Below, piece after piece: positions 25,614 through 35,879 of a DNA stretch of 64,000 bases. This DNA comes from an uncultured bacterium (GTDB lineage: Bacteria; Omnitrophota; Omnitrophia; Omnitrophales; Aquincolibacteriaceae): NCBI GenBank assembly GCA_964434115.1, contig CAYSSX010000004.1, positions 175,688-239,687 of the forward strand, written 5' to 3'. Under the pieces are notes generated by a model. It was not told the origin of the DNA. It saw only the letters and a list, made by a program, of their open reading frames with translations, and did no database searches. The stretch's first letter is position 1; every line of letters starts with the position of its first letter. Made by a program: the position numbers and the translations under genes.

Positions 25614-27758
25614 TCAGGACGGCGGAATAATCCGGATGTCCCGGGAAGAGTGCTGAGACTTTTTGGCCGGAGCAGGCACCGGGGCCTCAGGTTCGTCAGC
25701 CTTGGGTTTCTGCGGCTTTAACTCCCGGACCGTGACGGCTCTGGGGGCGCTTTCCGCGGCCTGCTGGGCCTTTTTGCAAAGGTAGTCCTGAATACGGAAG
25801 CGCTTTTCCTTATCGCCCTCATTCTTTTTCCATTCTCCGTCCGGCTGAAGGTGCCAGGCCTTGACGTTTTCCTTGAAGTAAAGACGGAGAAGGTCACTCA
25901 GGTTTTTTTTGATTTTTTTGTCTTCCACCGGAAACAGAAGCTCAAGACGGCGGTCAAAATTTCTTGGCATCCAGTCGGCGCTCGAAAGATAAACCTCTTC
26001 ATCGCCGTCATTGGAAAAATAAAAAATACGGCTGTGTTCCAAAAACATATCCACGATGCTGACCACTTCGATGTTTTCGCTCAGCCCTTTGACGCCGGGC
26101 TTGAGGCGGCAGATGCCGCGGACATTCAGCTTGATCTGAACACCGGCCTGGGACGCGTGGTAAAGCGCATCAATCACCTCCGGGTCCACAAGCGAATTCA
26201 TCTTGGCCATGATCAAACCGGGCCTTTCTTTCTGAGACCTCATCGATTCCCGGAGAATCAGCCGCTCGATTTTTTTCCGGAGCGTGTACGGGGCAATATC
26301 AATCTTGGAAAATCCCACGGGATGGGAAAAGCCGGTAATGACATTGAAAAACGCGGCAACGTCTCCGCTTAAGGCGTCGTTGCCCGTGAAAAGTCCGATG
26401 TCCGTGTAAAGGCGCGCGGTCTTTTCATTGTAATTACCCGTGGAAAGATGCAGGTAGCGCTTGATCCCCTCCACCTCGCGGCGGACCACGAGGCAGGCCT
26501 TGGCATGCGTCTTAAGTCCCGCGACGCCGTAAAGAACCGTGGCCCCGGCATTCACGAGCCTGCGCGCCCACTCAATGTTGCGCTGCTCATCAAAACGGGC
26601 CTTGAGTTCCACAAGGACCGTCACCTGTTTCCCGTTCTCAAGCGCGCGTTCAAGACAGCTGATCACCGCCGAAGGTTCCGCGGCGCGGTAAAGCGTCTGT
26701 TTGATGGCCAGCACATCGGGGTCTTTGGCCGCTTCATTTAAAAAATGGAGAAACGCATCAAAGGATTCATACGGGTGATGAACCATGACATCGCGCTCCT
26801 TGAGGAGGGCCCAAAGGTCAGGGTTTTCCAGAAAATCCTGGCAGGGTTTCGGCACCCACGCGGGTCTTTTGAGATTTTCAAATATCGGCTGGAACGAGAG
26901 CTGCGAGATGCTCTTCAGATCAATCCATGCTCCGGTTCGGTAAACCTTGTGGTCCGGGAGTTTCAGCTGTTCCTTCAAATACTCCGTCATGTCTTCCGGC
27001 GCGGAAACTTCAAGCCTGACAATATAACTGCGCCTCCTGCTGCGCAGCGCTTCGGTCATCACCTTGGCAAAATCCTCGTCTTTTTCCTCATTCAGGGAAA
27101 GTTCTGCGGCGCGCGTGAGGCGGATAAACCCGTGCTGGAGAATTTCGTAACCCGGAAAAAGTTCTTTGGCAAAAAGGGCCACCACATCTTCGAGAAGAAT
27201 AAACGCATACCCTGTTTCCGAGGCCAAAGCAATGACACGCGCATAATTTCTCGGCATTTCCACCACCGCGTAATGGCGGGAATCTTTCACCGCGGGATCC
27301 GTAAGCTGGAAAACGCAGTATATGCTCATATTCACAAGCGAGGGCAGCGTGTTTTCATCACGAATGGCAATCGGGGTAAGGAGCGGCATGAGCTCCTGGT
27401 GCAGAAGGGTTTTAAGATACTCCAGCTGGCGTTCCGTGAGCGCGTGAGGGCGAATCCGCACAAGCCCCGCCTTTTCCATATCCGGAGCAAGGCTCTTCCC
27501 AAAATCTTCCCGCTGCCGCTCCATCAAGGCAAAGGATTTGGCATAAACATCCTGGAGGACCGGACTGGTGTCCGGCAGGCTCGCGACACGCACCATGAAA
27601 AATTCGTCAAAATTAGCGCTGACAATCCCTGTAAATTTCAGGCGCTCCAGGAGGGGATTCGAGGTGTCCATGGCCTCGGCAAGAACGCGGGCATTGAAAT
27701 CAATCCATGAAAGCTCCCGGTCAAAATACTTTTCTTTTTTTGTTTCCGGCTGGCTCAC
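25614..27758 (-). CDS. ppk: Polyphosphate kinase 1
   Basis: MSQPETKKEKYFDRELSWIDFNARVLAEA... and PLD-like C-domains (...LKTHAKACLVVRRE...). Confidence 0.95.
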   Translation of the reverse strand: MSQPETKKEKYFDRELSWIDFNARVLAEAMDTSNPLLERLKFTGIVSANFDEFFMVRVASLPDTSPVLQDVYAKSFALMERQREDFGKSLAPDMEKAGLVRIRPHALTERQLEYLKTLLHQELMPLLTPIAIRDENTLPSLVNMSIYCVFQLTDPAVKDSRHYAVVEMPRNYARVIALASETGYAFILLEDVVALFAKELFPGYEILQHGFIRLTRAAELSLNEEKDEDFAKVMTEALRSRRRSYIVRLEVSAPEDMTEYLKEQLKLPDHKVYRTGAWIDLKSISQLSFQPIFENLKRPAWVPKPCQDFLENPDLWALLKERDVMVHHPYESFDAFLHFLNEAAKDPDVLAIKQTLYRAAEPSAVISCLERALENGKQVTVLVELKARFDEQRNIEWARRLVNAGATVLYGVAGLKTHAKACLVVRREVEGIKRYLHLSTGNYNEKTARLYTDIGLFTGNDALSGDVAAFFNVITGFSHPVGFSKIDIAPYTLRKKIERLILRESMRSQKERPGLIMAKMNSLVDPEVIDALYHASQAGVQIKLNVRGICRLKPGVKGLSENIEVVSIVDMFLEHSRIFYFSNDGDEEVYLSSADWMPRNFDRRLELLFPVEDKKIKKNLSDLLRLYFKENVKAWHLQPDGEWKKNEGDKEKRFRIQDYLCKKAQQAAESAPRAVTVRELKPQKPKADEPEAPVPAPAKKSQHSSRDIRIIPPS

Positions 27759-29317
27759 GACTTCGCCTCCTGAACCTGCTTAAGCTCGATCGGAGCCCCA
27801 AAAACATCCGCAAACATATCGCCTTTTTCACGGAGCGACGCGCGTTCCATGGAAATATCCCCAAGTTCCGCGGGAACCCAGAGCGTGTAGGATTCCTCCG
27901 AAAATTCCAGCGTGAGTGACCGCACGCGCTGCTGATGCCCAGGGTCCAGCGCATCGGCCACGCGCAGAATCGCGGCAAGCTTGGAGACCGTGGCCCGGTC
28001 AAGCTTCGGCAGGGACATATAAGGCTCGTGCGTGGGCCGCGGCGAGGAGCGGCGGTGGTAGCGGACGACGTTGGACACAATGTTTTTCTCGGCTTTCCGG
28101 AGTCCGAAGATTTCCGCGGCATCCACCAGGTAACTGGAATGCTTGTGGTGCTGGTTGGGTGAAATGTAGGTGCCGATGTCATGAAGGATCGCGGACACTT
28201 CCAGAAGCAGGCGCTCCTTGGATCCCATTCCGTGATCCTGCACCAGCGCATCAAAAATTTTCAGCGCGAGCGAGGAAACCGCCGCGACATGATTTTTATC
28301 GTACTTGTATTTTTCCGCAAGGTGGCGCGCGGAATTCAGTACCTGCTTGGAAAAATCCGTCCGCTTGTAGCGCGAAATCATCTGAGCGAATTCAAGCAGA
28401 AGTCCGTCACGGATGCTGTACATCGGGACGATCACCCGGTCAGCCTTGGTTTCACCAAGAAAGTTCGCGTAAACCAGGAGAGTCGGGTAAAGCGTTTCCG
28501 CCTGCGGGTAAGAAATGCTGTATTTGCTCACGAGTTCTTCCGGCGTGAGTTTGGACATTTTCTGTACAAAATCCAGAAAGGCCTTGGATTCCAGCGTCAG
28601 GAAAGGGTGCTCGCTTTTTTCGCAGAGCTGCTGCGCGACAAACCGCATGTCGCCGCCCAAAGCCACAAATGTGTCGATCTGATCAAGGTTGTATTCCCGC
28701 GCCGCATACACAGCCACTTCATGAATGTTGCGTTTAAGAACCCTCTGCATGACTGCCGGATCGGTTTTCCCGGGGATGGCCTGTTCGGGAAGGCGCATGG
28801 ACCCGAGAGAAAGCGTGCGCGTGATTTCAACCTGCCCTTGATTCAGGATAATCATTTCCGTACTGCCGGACCCAACCTCCACGATAAGGCAGTTTTTCGT
28901 GCTGAGGTCGACTTGGTCCCCCAGCGCATGCTCCACGGCGATCAATTCAAGACGGTTTTCTTCCGGACCCTCGAGGACTTCCACATCAATACCTGTCCGG
29001 ACATAAATGCGGTCAATGAAATTGTCCCTGTTCAAAGCCTCACGGACCGCGCTTGTGCCAATGGCCTGGATCCGGTCAACGCCGTAGCTTTCCGTCACGC
29101 TCTTATAATTCCTGAGAATCGCAATCGCTTCGCGCATGGCGGTGTTGCTGATGCGCCCTGTCGTAAAAACGTCTTTTCCGAACCGGACGGGCTTCTGAAG
29201 ATTTTCCAGATAACGGATATCCGTTTGCGGCGTAATTTCCGCAACGACCATGCGGATAGCGCTGGTCCCGATATCAATCACTGCGACGATTTGTTTTTGA
29301 GAGGTTCCGTCTTTCAT
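27755..29317 (-). CDS. ppx: Exopolyphosphatase / guanosine pentaphosphate phosphohydrolase (Ppx/GppA) with C-terminal HD domain
   Basis: ...IVAVIDIGTSAIRMVVAEI... actin-like ATPase fold; C-terminal ...ILHDIGTYISPNQHHKHSSYLV... Confidence 0.9.
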   Translation of the reverse strand: MKDGTSQKQIVAVIDIGTSAIRMVVAEITPQTDIRYLENLQKPVRFGKDVFTTGRISNTAMREAIAILRNYKSVTESYGVDRIQAIGTSAVREALNRDNFIDRIYVRTGIDVEVLEGPEENRLELIAVEHALGDQVDLSTKNCLIVEVGSGSTEMIILNQGQVEITRTLSLGSMRLPEQAIPGKTDPAVMQRVLKRNIHEVAVYAAREYNLDQIDTFVALGGDMRFVAQQLCEKSEHPFLTLESKAFLDFVQKMSKLTPEELVSKYSISYPQAETLYPTLLVYANFLGETKADRVIVPMYSIRDGLLLEFAQMISRYKRTDFSKQVLNSARHLAEKYKYDKNHVAAVSSLALKIFDALVQDHGMGSKERLLLEVSAILHDIGTYISPNQHHKHSSYLVDAAEIFGLRKAEKNIVSNVVRYHRRSSPRPTHEPYMSLPKLDRATVSKLAAILRVADALDPGHQQRVRSLTLEFSEESYTLWVPAELGDISMERASLREKGDMFADVFGAPIELKQVQEAKS

Positions 29318-30300
29318 GACTTTTTCCCCAGTGTATCCACCGCGAGTTTGGCGGCGCCTTTCACAATCGCATAATCGCCAAGCTTGGCCGCAGCCACCTT
29401 CACATGGGCCGCAAGCGGCTTCATGGCATAGTCGTGCATGGTCTGCCGGGCCACGGGAAGAAGAATGTCCCCCAGCGCCTCCACAAGACCGCCGCCCAGC
29501 ACAATGAGTTCCGGACTGAGAAGATTCACCACGTTGGCCATCCGGATTCCAAGGAGCACGGCCTTGTCCGTGATCAATTCCCGCACGGCTTCATCGCCGC
29601 CCTCGATAGAACGGGCGAGCGCCTTGCTCTTTACTTTGCGGATATCGTAGTCCGTAAGTTCCAAAAGTTTCGGGGCCTTCTGCTTCATCACAAGCAGCAT
29701 GGCTTCCGAGGCAATGCGGAGCCGCCCCATGAAATCTTCCACGGTTCCAGCCTTTTGGCCGCCGGGTAAAAAGGTGGGCAGTGTCAAAAACGTATGCCCG
29801 ATTTCCCCGGCCGCGCCGGTGGCCCCGCGGTAAAGCTTGCCGTCAAGAATCAAGGCGCCGCCCACGCCGGTTCCCAGAAAAATACCCGCAACGTGCTTGA
29901 ACCCTCGCGCGGCCCCGAATTGCTGCTCACCGTAAAGCCCTGCATTAACATCGTTTTCCACGGTTACGGGCACTTTAAAATGACGCGCCAGTTTTTCACG
30001 GAGCGGATAATTTTTAAGAAAGGAAATATTCGGGGAAATACGCACCACGCCTTCCGGAAGTTCAATGATTCCGGGGCAGCCGACCCCGATCGCGCGGATA
30101 TCCTTCACGGAAACCTTGCCGGAAAGAAGCGTTTCAATGCTGTCCACAAAGTTTTTGAAAAAATAGCGCTCTCCGCGGTTCGGTTCCACCGCGGTCTTGT
30201 AGAGCGCCTTTACTTGGAATTTTTCATCGAGGAGACCGGCCAGCATTTTCGTGCCGCCAAGATCCACTCCAAGAACATACTTTTTACGGGCATTTGCCAT
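29314..30300 (-). CDS. ROK-family sugar kinase (candidate polyphosphate/ATP glucokinase)
   Basis: ...VLGVDLGGTKMLAGLL... with no N-terminal HTH, embedded in the ppk/ppx operon. Confidence 0.8.
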   Translation of the reverse strand: MANARKKYVLGVDLGGTKMLAGLLDEKFQVKALYKTAVEPNRGERYFFKNFVDSIETLLSGKVSVKDIRAIGVGCPGIIELPEGVVRISPNISFLKNYPLREKLARHFKVPVTVENDVNAGLYGEQQFGAARGFKHVAGIFLGTGVGGALILDGKLYRGATGAAGEIGHTFLTLPTFLPGGQKAGTVEDFMGRLRIASEAMLLVMKQKAPKLLELTDYDIRKVKSKALARSIEGGDEAVRELITDKAVLLGIRMANVVNLLSPELIVLGGGLVEALGDILLPVARQTMHDYAMKPLAAHVKVAAAKLGDYAIVKGAAKLAVDTLGKKS

Positions 30301-30410
30301 GAGTCCCTTTCTTCCGCTCTCAAACGCTTCAAGCGGAGAAGATTAAAAACCCTTCATTCCGTTGACGGTTCCGTTGTGTAATGTTTAGGTAAAGCTTCTT
30401 CATTTTCCGC

Positions 30411-30908
30411 CTAAGCAGCGGCTTCAATTAATTTCGGCGATGTCAGCCAATGCAGGACCGCAGGGCCGCTTTGTCCCGCCCCCGGCACCGCCATTTTGCA
30501 AAGTCCCGCTTTTTTGAATTCAATGCCCGCAGAAATGTTTCCCGTCAGGAGATACGCGGCCAGTTTTCCCAGCAAAGGTTCATGCCCCGCGATCAAGATC
30601 CGTTTATGTTTTTTTCCGGAACGCGCCAAAGCTTGAGCTGCGGAACGGGGAGAACCTTCCGGCACCAGCCCTTTTGAAATCCGGACTGGAACATGCGGGT
30701 AAAATTCCTGGATGACTTCAAGGGTTTGACGGGCGCGGAGCAAGGGGCTGGTAAGAAACAGATCCAGCTCAATCCCCTGGGCTTTCATCCACCGGCCCAT
30801 GATCCGGACTTTCTTCGCGCCCTTTCGCGTCAAAGCCCGGTCTTCGTCGGCTTGTCCGTCCCGGCCTCTTTCCTCGGCCAGCCCATGTCTTAGCAAGTAA
30901 ACTTCCAT
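30411..30908 (-). CDS. sixA: Histidine phosphatase family protein (SixA-like phosphohistidine phosphatase)
   Basis: MEVYLLRHGLAEE...RALTRKG...IAGHEP... Confidence 0.75.
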   Translation of the reverse strand: MEVYLLRHGLAEERGRDGQADEDRALTRKGAKKVRIMGRWMKAQGIELDLFLTSPLLRARQTLEVIQEFYPHVPVRISKGLVPEGSPRSAAQALARSGKKHKRILIAGHEPLLGKLAAYLLTGNISAGIEFKKAGLCKMAVPGAGQSGPAVLHWLTSPKLIEAAA

Positions 30909-31191
30909 TATTCCGGTATCCCGAACACAAAAAAAAGCTGTTTTGAAATCCGTCCCCTGCGGCCCGGATTTCCCTAAAAACGTTTCCCAGGGCTCATTAA
31001 ATGCCTGTCAAAGCATAACTTAAGATAACGCATTCACCAAGGAAAAACCCTTCTAAAATAAGGATAAATCCCCTTCTATCAGGGACTCGCTCAAAATACT
31101 TTCTTAAGCTCTTGAAAAACTCGGATTGCCATGGAAAGCTTAAATTAAGCATACTTCTTAAAGTGCTTAAAAATCTCTCTCGGAGAAGGTT

Positions 31192-31431
31192 ATGAACCCT
31201 TCAAAAAGCAAAGGCTGTTTGGGACAGGCCATGGTGGAGTACGCGATGATTCTCGGCATGATCGCGATGGTAGGAATGGTTGCGCTCGAAGCCCTTGGCA
31301 CCAACATGCAAAACGCATTGCGCCAATACAGCATTGGCGGTGCTGCCCGCGACGGAGGCCCCGGCGACCACATCCCGCTTCAGGGTGACACCCTGGGAAC
31401 CCGTGCGAACCCGGAAAGCCTTAGCGTATAA
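31192..31431 (+). CDS. flp: Flp/Fap-family type IVb pilin precursor
   Basis: ...KGCLGQAMVEYAMILGMIAMVGMVALEALGT... class III signal + Flp motif; RBS GGAGAAGG. Confidence 0.65.
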   Translation: MNPSKSKGCLGQAMVEYAMILGMIAMVGMVALEALGTNMQNALRQYSIGGAARDGGPGDHIPLQGDTLGTRANPESLSV

Positions 31432-31540
31432 CCGGCATTCTCTTCACAAGGCTGGGAAATATCTTTCCAGATACTGACTTCGTGGAAAGCGGAGTCACCC
31501 TCCGGACAAATCCTTCATCCCTGTAAAATGAAACTTTTGA

Positions 31541-34033
31541 TTATTCCGCAGCAGATTTATCGAAGAGGTGCTTGAGGCCATGGGTCGAGAGACCAAAACG
31601 GGTCATGAGCTGGGCCATGTGCTTGGAGTACTCGGAAAAATTTACAGGGATGGACGCGGGGTCCTGCGTCCACTTCCGGATCAGGGAAAACAAATCATTC
31701 TGCGGCTGTAAGAGTTCCAGTTCGACCCCGAGTTTTTTGGAGAGTTTGTGCAGGTAGATGCATTCCGCGATCATTTTGTCTTCCTGATTCTGCACAAATC
31801 TTGCGACACGGCTGCTCAGTTCCTGACTGAGAAACTGCGCAACCGGCCCTTTCTGAATCTCCACGTTAAAGGCCTTTGCCGTGTCCATCATCCGGTAAGC
31901 GACCGTCGCTTTCTTCTGAAACCCTGAAGCGGCAAGTTTGTGAAGCTCTTCCAGGAGACGGCGGCTTAACACGTGCTGGGCCGCGTAGCGAAACTCCGCG
32001 GGAATGGGAAGATGGATGGACCCGTAAATTTCATTGATGCGGCGGCTCTCTTCGTACACGCGTTCATAAAACTTGCTGATGCTGTCGATCTGGCGCCTTG
32101 TCAGACGGGAAATAATATTCATGCGGTCTTCAAGCACCAGTTCCTTAAGGGTAAAATAACGCTCTCCAAACCGCATATCGATTTTCTTAAAAACTTCCAC
32201 AATGTGGGAATTGTACAAATCTTCAAAGGTGGCCTGTTCCAGCGCTTCAAAATCATCTCCGCTTTCAAAAGGTTTCACGGAGCACCGGAAATCGTAAAGC
32301 CCGGTCTGGAGCGCGAGAAAAATAATATCTTTTTCCTCCAGCGTGATTTTGGAAATAATTTTGACGCGGCCGAAATTCAGGGTCAGCCCGCCGAAACTCT
32401 CCTTGCGCTGATACATCACCTGAAGATTGAAACAGTAAATATCGAGGCTTTCCCTCTGCGGGTAATAGTCCTCAAAAATCGACCCCATGGCGTAGTAGCT
32501 CACAATGTGTTCCAGCGTCGCCACGGAGGATTTCACAAGCTTTTCATAAACACCCCGGCCGTCACGGTAGGTCTCGACATTGCTTTTTGCCTTTTCCAGG
32601 CGCTGAAGGAACTCTTCCTCGTAACTCGCGCCCGTGACTTCGCGCACCAGCTGAATGGCACGCGCGGCGTACTGCAAGATCTGCACGGTTTCAATGCCTG
32701 AAAGTTCGGTAAAAAACCAGCCGCAGCTCGTGTACATGAGCATGGCATGGCGCTGCATCTCCAAAAGTTTCAGGCAAAGGGTCATCTCCGCGCTCGTGAG
32801 GTCATGCTTGCGGTGGCAGTCAAAGAAACTCTGGATACTGGGCTCGCGGCGGTCCAGCACGACTTTGATGTAATCGTCGCGGGCATCCCAGGGATTTTTT
32901 AAATACGCTGAAATGCGGTCTTCATAAACCTTTGCCAGCTCGTCCCGCAGCCAGTCAAGCGAGTCCCGGAGAGGTTTGCGCCAATTCTGATTCCACTCCG
33001 CGGGGCCGCCGCCCCGGCATCCGCAATGGTCTTTCCAGCGGCGCACGCCATGAGCACAGCTCCACGCCGTGCCTTCGTTGTTTTCACCTTCGTGAAGCCG
33101 CGCCTCAAACTCCGGGGGGTATTCTTCCAGGAATTCCCCGTAGTTGACAATCCGGTAACCCCGCGCCGGCGCCTCAACATGAGTCAGATACGCAGCGGCC
33201 CTGTCTCCAAACGCCTTGTGGTGCCCGTAAGTTTCGCCGTCCGTCGCAATGTGAATCAGCTGAGGTTTGTTCCCGTAATCCACAACCGCCCCGTCAATGC
33301 GGGACATAAAAATTTTGGCGTCAAAAAGAAGGTTTTCGAAACCCGCGGCCTTTGAAATAGGGCCGTCATAGAAAAAAATATCAATGAACTTTTCGGGGTT
33401 TGACTTCAAGAAACAGCGGTAGGGACGGCGCGGATCGATCCGGCCCGGAGTCGCATCCAGCCATTCCCCTCCGAAAGGGCGGAAGGCCTGGGCCTGATGC
33501 GGCTCAAGAATAATGAATTTTATTTTCTCTTCCACCAGGACTTCCAGCGTGGCCTCATTGCAGGCCGTTTCAGGAAGCCAGATCGCTTCCGGCTCGCGGC
33601 TGAAACGGTGCCGGAACTCGGCCACTCCCCAGCGAACCTGGGTCACCTTGTCGCGCCGGTTGGCCAGCGGCATAATCATGTGATTATAAACCTGGGCAAT
33701 CGCGTTTCCGTGGCCGTGATGCCGTTTCCGGCTCTCGTGGTCGGCTTCAATGATGCGCAGGTAGGTATCAAAATGTTTTGCTTCAAGCCAGGACATCAAA
33801 GTCGGCCCGAAATTGAAACTCATCTTCTCGAAATTATTGACGATGTCGGCGATCTTGCCGTCCGGCCCGAGGACACGGGCGCGGGAATTGGGAAGGTAGC
33901 ACTCCGAATGAATGCGTTCATTCCAGTCATGGAAAGGCGCGGCGCTCTCCTGGGGCTCAATTTCTTCGATCCAGGGATTTTCGCGGGGAGGCTGGTAAAA
34001 ATGACTATGGATGCAGAGACAGGCTTTAGTCAC
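31541..34033 (-). CDS. GH57-family glycoside hydrolase (alpha-amylase / 4-alpha-glucanotransferase-like) with a large C-terminal domain
   Basis: N-terminus CLCIHSHFYQPPRENPW... (H-x-H-x-Y-Q-P GH57 motif), 830 aa. Confidence 0.75.
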   Translation of the reverse strand: MTKACLCIHSHFYQPPRENPWIEEIEPQESAAPFHDWNERIHSECYLPNSRARVLGPDGKIADIVNNFEKMSFNFGPTLMSWLEAKHFDTYLRIIEADHESRKRHHGHGNAIAQVYNHMIMPLANRRDKVTQVRWGVAEFRHRFSREPEAIWLPETACNEATLEVLVEEKIKFIILEPHQAQAFRPFGGEWLDATPGRIDPRRPYRCFLKSNPEKFIDIFFYDGPISKAAGFENLLFDAKIFMSRIDGAVVDYGNKPQLIHIATDGETYGHHKAFGDRAAAYLTHVEAPARGYRIVNYGEFLEEYPPEFEARLHEGENNEGTAWSCAHGVRRWKDHCGCRGGGPAEWNQNWRKPLRDSLDWLRDELAKVYEDRISAYLKNPWDARDDYIKVVLDRREPSIQSFFDCHRKHDLTSAEMTLCLKLLEMQRHAMLMYTSCGWFFTELSGIETVQILQYAARAIQLVREVTGASYEEEFLQRLEKAKSNVETYRDGRGVYEKLVKSSVATLEHIVSYYAMGSIFEDYYPQRESLDIYCFNLQVMYQRKESFGGLTLNFGRVKIISKITLEEKDIIFLALQTGLYDFRCSVKPFESGDDFEALEQATFEDLYNSHIVEVFKKIDMRFGERYFTLKELVLEDRMNIISRLTRRQIDSISKFYERVYEESRRINEIYGSIHLPIPAEFRYAAQHVLSRRLLEELHKLAASGFQKKATVAYRMMDTAKAFNVEIQKGPVAQFLSQELSSRVARFVQNQEDKMIAECIYLHKLSKKLGVELELLQPQNDLFSLIRKWTQDPASIPVNFSEYSKHMAQLMTRFGLSTHGLKHLFDKSAAE

Positions 34034-34037
34034 CGGC

Positions 34038-34259
34038 TCAATACTTGTCCGTGCTCAAGAGTGAAATTTTGACGGTTTTTCCCGACCACTTCATGCTGAT
34101 CTTGTCCTCACGGGCAAGCCAGCCAAGGGCCTGATGAAAAAGGTCGGCGTTCACCGGAACGGCCTTATGCAATTTGACCGCGGTGGTTTCTCCGCTTTCC
34201 TCAAGGGCCTTGTAGATTTTGCCTGCGGTTTCGCCAATCAAATAATATTCATCCTGCAT
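34038..34259 (-). CDS. Small winged-helix protein (DUF2582-like), paralog of 47260..47481
   Basis: MQDEYYLIGETAGKIYKALE...FHQALGWLAREDKI... ; RBS GAGGTG. About 55% identical to the paralog, which has the same RBS. Confidence 0.6.
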   Translation of the reverse strand: MQDEYYLIGETAGKIYKALEESGETTAVKLHKAVPVNADLFHQALGWLAREDKISMKWSGKTVKISLLSTDKY

Positions 34260-34293
34260 GGAGCACCTCGCTTAAGTCCGGATTTCCGGACAA

Positions 34294-35877
34294 TTAATTC
34301 TCCGAGTAAACGCGGTAATCAATTCCCGGGAAAATGTTGTTTCGGCTTTCAAGACCCGCCAGCCAGCCTTCATCGACCGTGCCGCGGCGAACATCCTCAT
34401 AAAGCTTCGTAAAGTTTAGCAGATGGTCCTTGGTCCGTTTTTCCGCGTAAGGGACCATGGTTCCCGTATGCATAATAAAAGCCCAGTCGCTTGACTGCGC
34501 GAGCAGAAGTTCGCGGGCCGCCTGATTGAGCGCGCGGTTCGTAAGCCCGTCCGAGTTCCGGTAGGAGGAAGCCAGCTCCCCCATTCTCAGCGCGGCCTTA
34601 TGCAGGTGCCGGTAAATCCAGTGATTCGACCCCGAGAGCCATGTCTCCGCGTACCCTTTCCAGCCCCAGCTTGAAAAAGACGGCGTTGAGACCTGGTTCA
34701 CCGGGTACTCCCGCAGATAATCCGACGGGGTCGCCAGACGGATGGTTTTCTGGTCAAACGCGGTTTTACGGATCAGGAAATTTAAAAAATCAGGGCCTTC
34801 ATACCACCAATGCCCGTAAAGCTCCGCATCGTACGGAGCTACAATGATCGGCTTTCTTCCCAGAAAATCGTAGAGGTATTCCGCCTGTTTTTCGCGGTTG
34901 AAAATAAAATTGGCGGCATGGCTTGCGGCTTTGGCCATGGCGTGTTCACGCACATAAGGCTGTTTGTCATTCGAGGGGCCTGTGATCCGGTGGTACTTGA
35001 TACCGGTCGAAACACGCAGGCCGTCCGGCGAAATGTAGGGCTTGATGTATTCAAAGTCGAGATCAAACCCGATGTCGCGGTAAAATTCGCGGTAATCAAA
35101 ATCTCCCGGATAGCCTTCCGCCGCAGACCAGACCTGCTTGGAAGATTCCGCGTCGCGGCCAAACGCGGCCACACCCGTCGGGCAGTAAACCGGGGCAAAC
35201 ACCCCGTACTTGGGCCGGGGTGAAGCATGAAGAATCCCGTGCGTATCGGTGAGAAAATAGCGGATGCCTGATTCTTTCAAAAAGCGGTCAGCCCCGGGGT
35301 AATAACCGCATTCCGGAAGCCAGATGCCGAGCGGCTTACGCCCGAACGTTTGTTCATACTGGCTGACGGCGGTGACCACCTGTGCGCGGATGGAACCTTC
35401 GGTGCGGTTGATCAGCGGGAAAAAGCCATGCGTGGCGCCGCAGGTAATGATTTCAAGACATCCCAGGTCCTGGTATTTCCGGAACGCCTGCGTGAGGTCT
35501 CTCGCGTAACGCAGAAAGGTTTCACGGGTTTGCGTGAACTGCCAGAAATAATGAAGGGCCGTGCCATGATATTCGGGAAGGAAACGCGTGCGGTCCACTT
35601 CCTTGTTCGCAAGCTCAATAAGTTTATCGAGATGCCGGATGTAACGCTCCTGAAGCAGCGGGTCGCGCAGCATGGAAATCAAAGGCGGCGTCATGGACAT
35701 CGTGATGCGGTAAGGAACCCGGTCGCGTTCCAGGCCTTCAAACATATGGATCAGCGGGACATAAGTTTCCGTGATCGCTTCGTAGAGCCAGTTTTCTTCG
35801 AGGAAATACTCGTGTTCAGGATGGCGGACAAAAGGCAGATGCGCGTGAAGAACAATCGAGAGCAGTCCCTTTTCCAT
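34294..35877 (-). CDS. GH57-family 1,4-alpha-glucan branching enzyme
   Basis: ...LSIVLHAHLPFVRHPEHEYFLEENWLYEAITETY... GH57 branching-enzyme signature, ~527 aa. Confidence 0.85.
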   Translation of the reverse strand: MEKGLLSIVLHAHLPFVRHPEHEYFLEENWLYEAITETYVPLIHMFEGLERDRVPYRITMSMTPPLISMLRDPLLQERYIRHLDKLIELANKEVDRTRFLPEYHGTALHYFWQFTQTRETFLRYARDLTQAFRKYQDLGCLEIITCGATHGFFPLINRTEGSIRAQVVTAVSQYEQTFGRKPLGIWLPECGYYPGADRFLKESGIRYFLTDTHGILHASPRPKYGVFAPVYCPTGVAAFGRDAESSKQVWSAAEGYPGDFDYREFYRDIGFDLDFEYIKPYISPDGLRVSTGIKYHRITGPSNDKQPYVREHAMAKAASHAANFIFNREKQAEYLYDFLGRKPIIVAPYDAELYGHWWYEGPDFLNFLIRKTAFDQKTIRLATPSDYLREYPVNQVSTPSFSSWGWKGYAETWLSGSNHWIYRHLHKAALRMGELASSYRNSDGLTNRALNQAARELLLAQSSDWAFIMHTGTMVPYAEKRTKDHLLNFTKLYEDVRRGTVDEGWLAGLESRNNIFPGIDYRVYSEN

Positions 35878-35879
35878 GC

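Noticed and set aside
31452-31470. Hairpin CTGGGAAA-TATC-TTTCCAG after the flp gene as an intrinsic terminator
   Set aside because: Imperfect stem and no following T-run on either strand; too weak to call.
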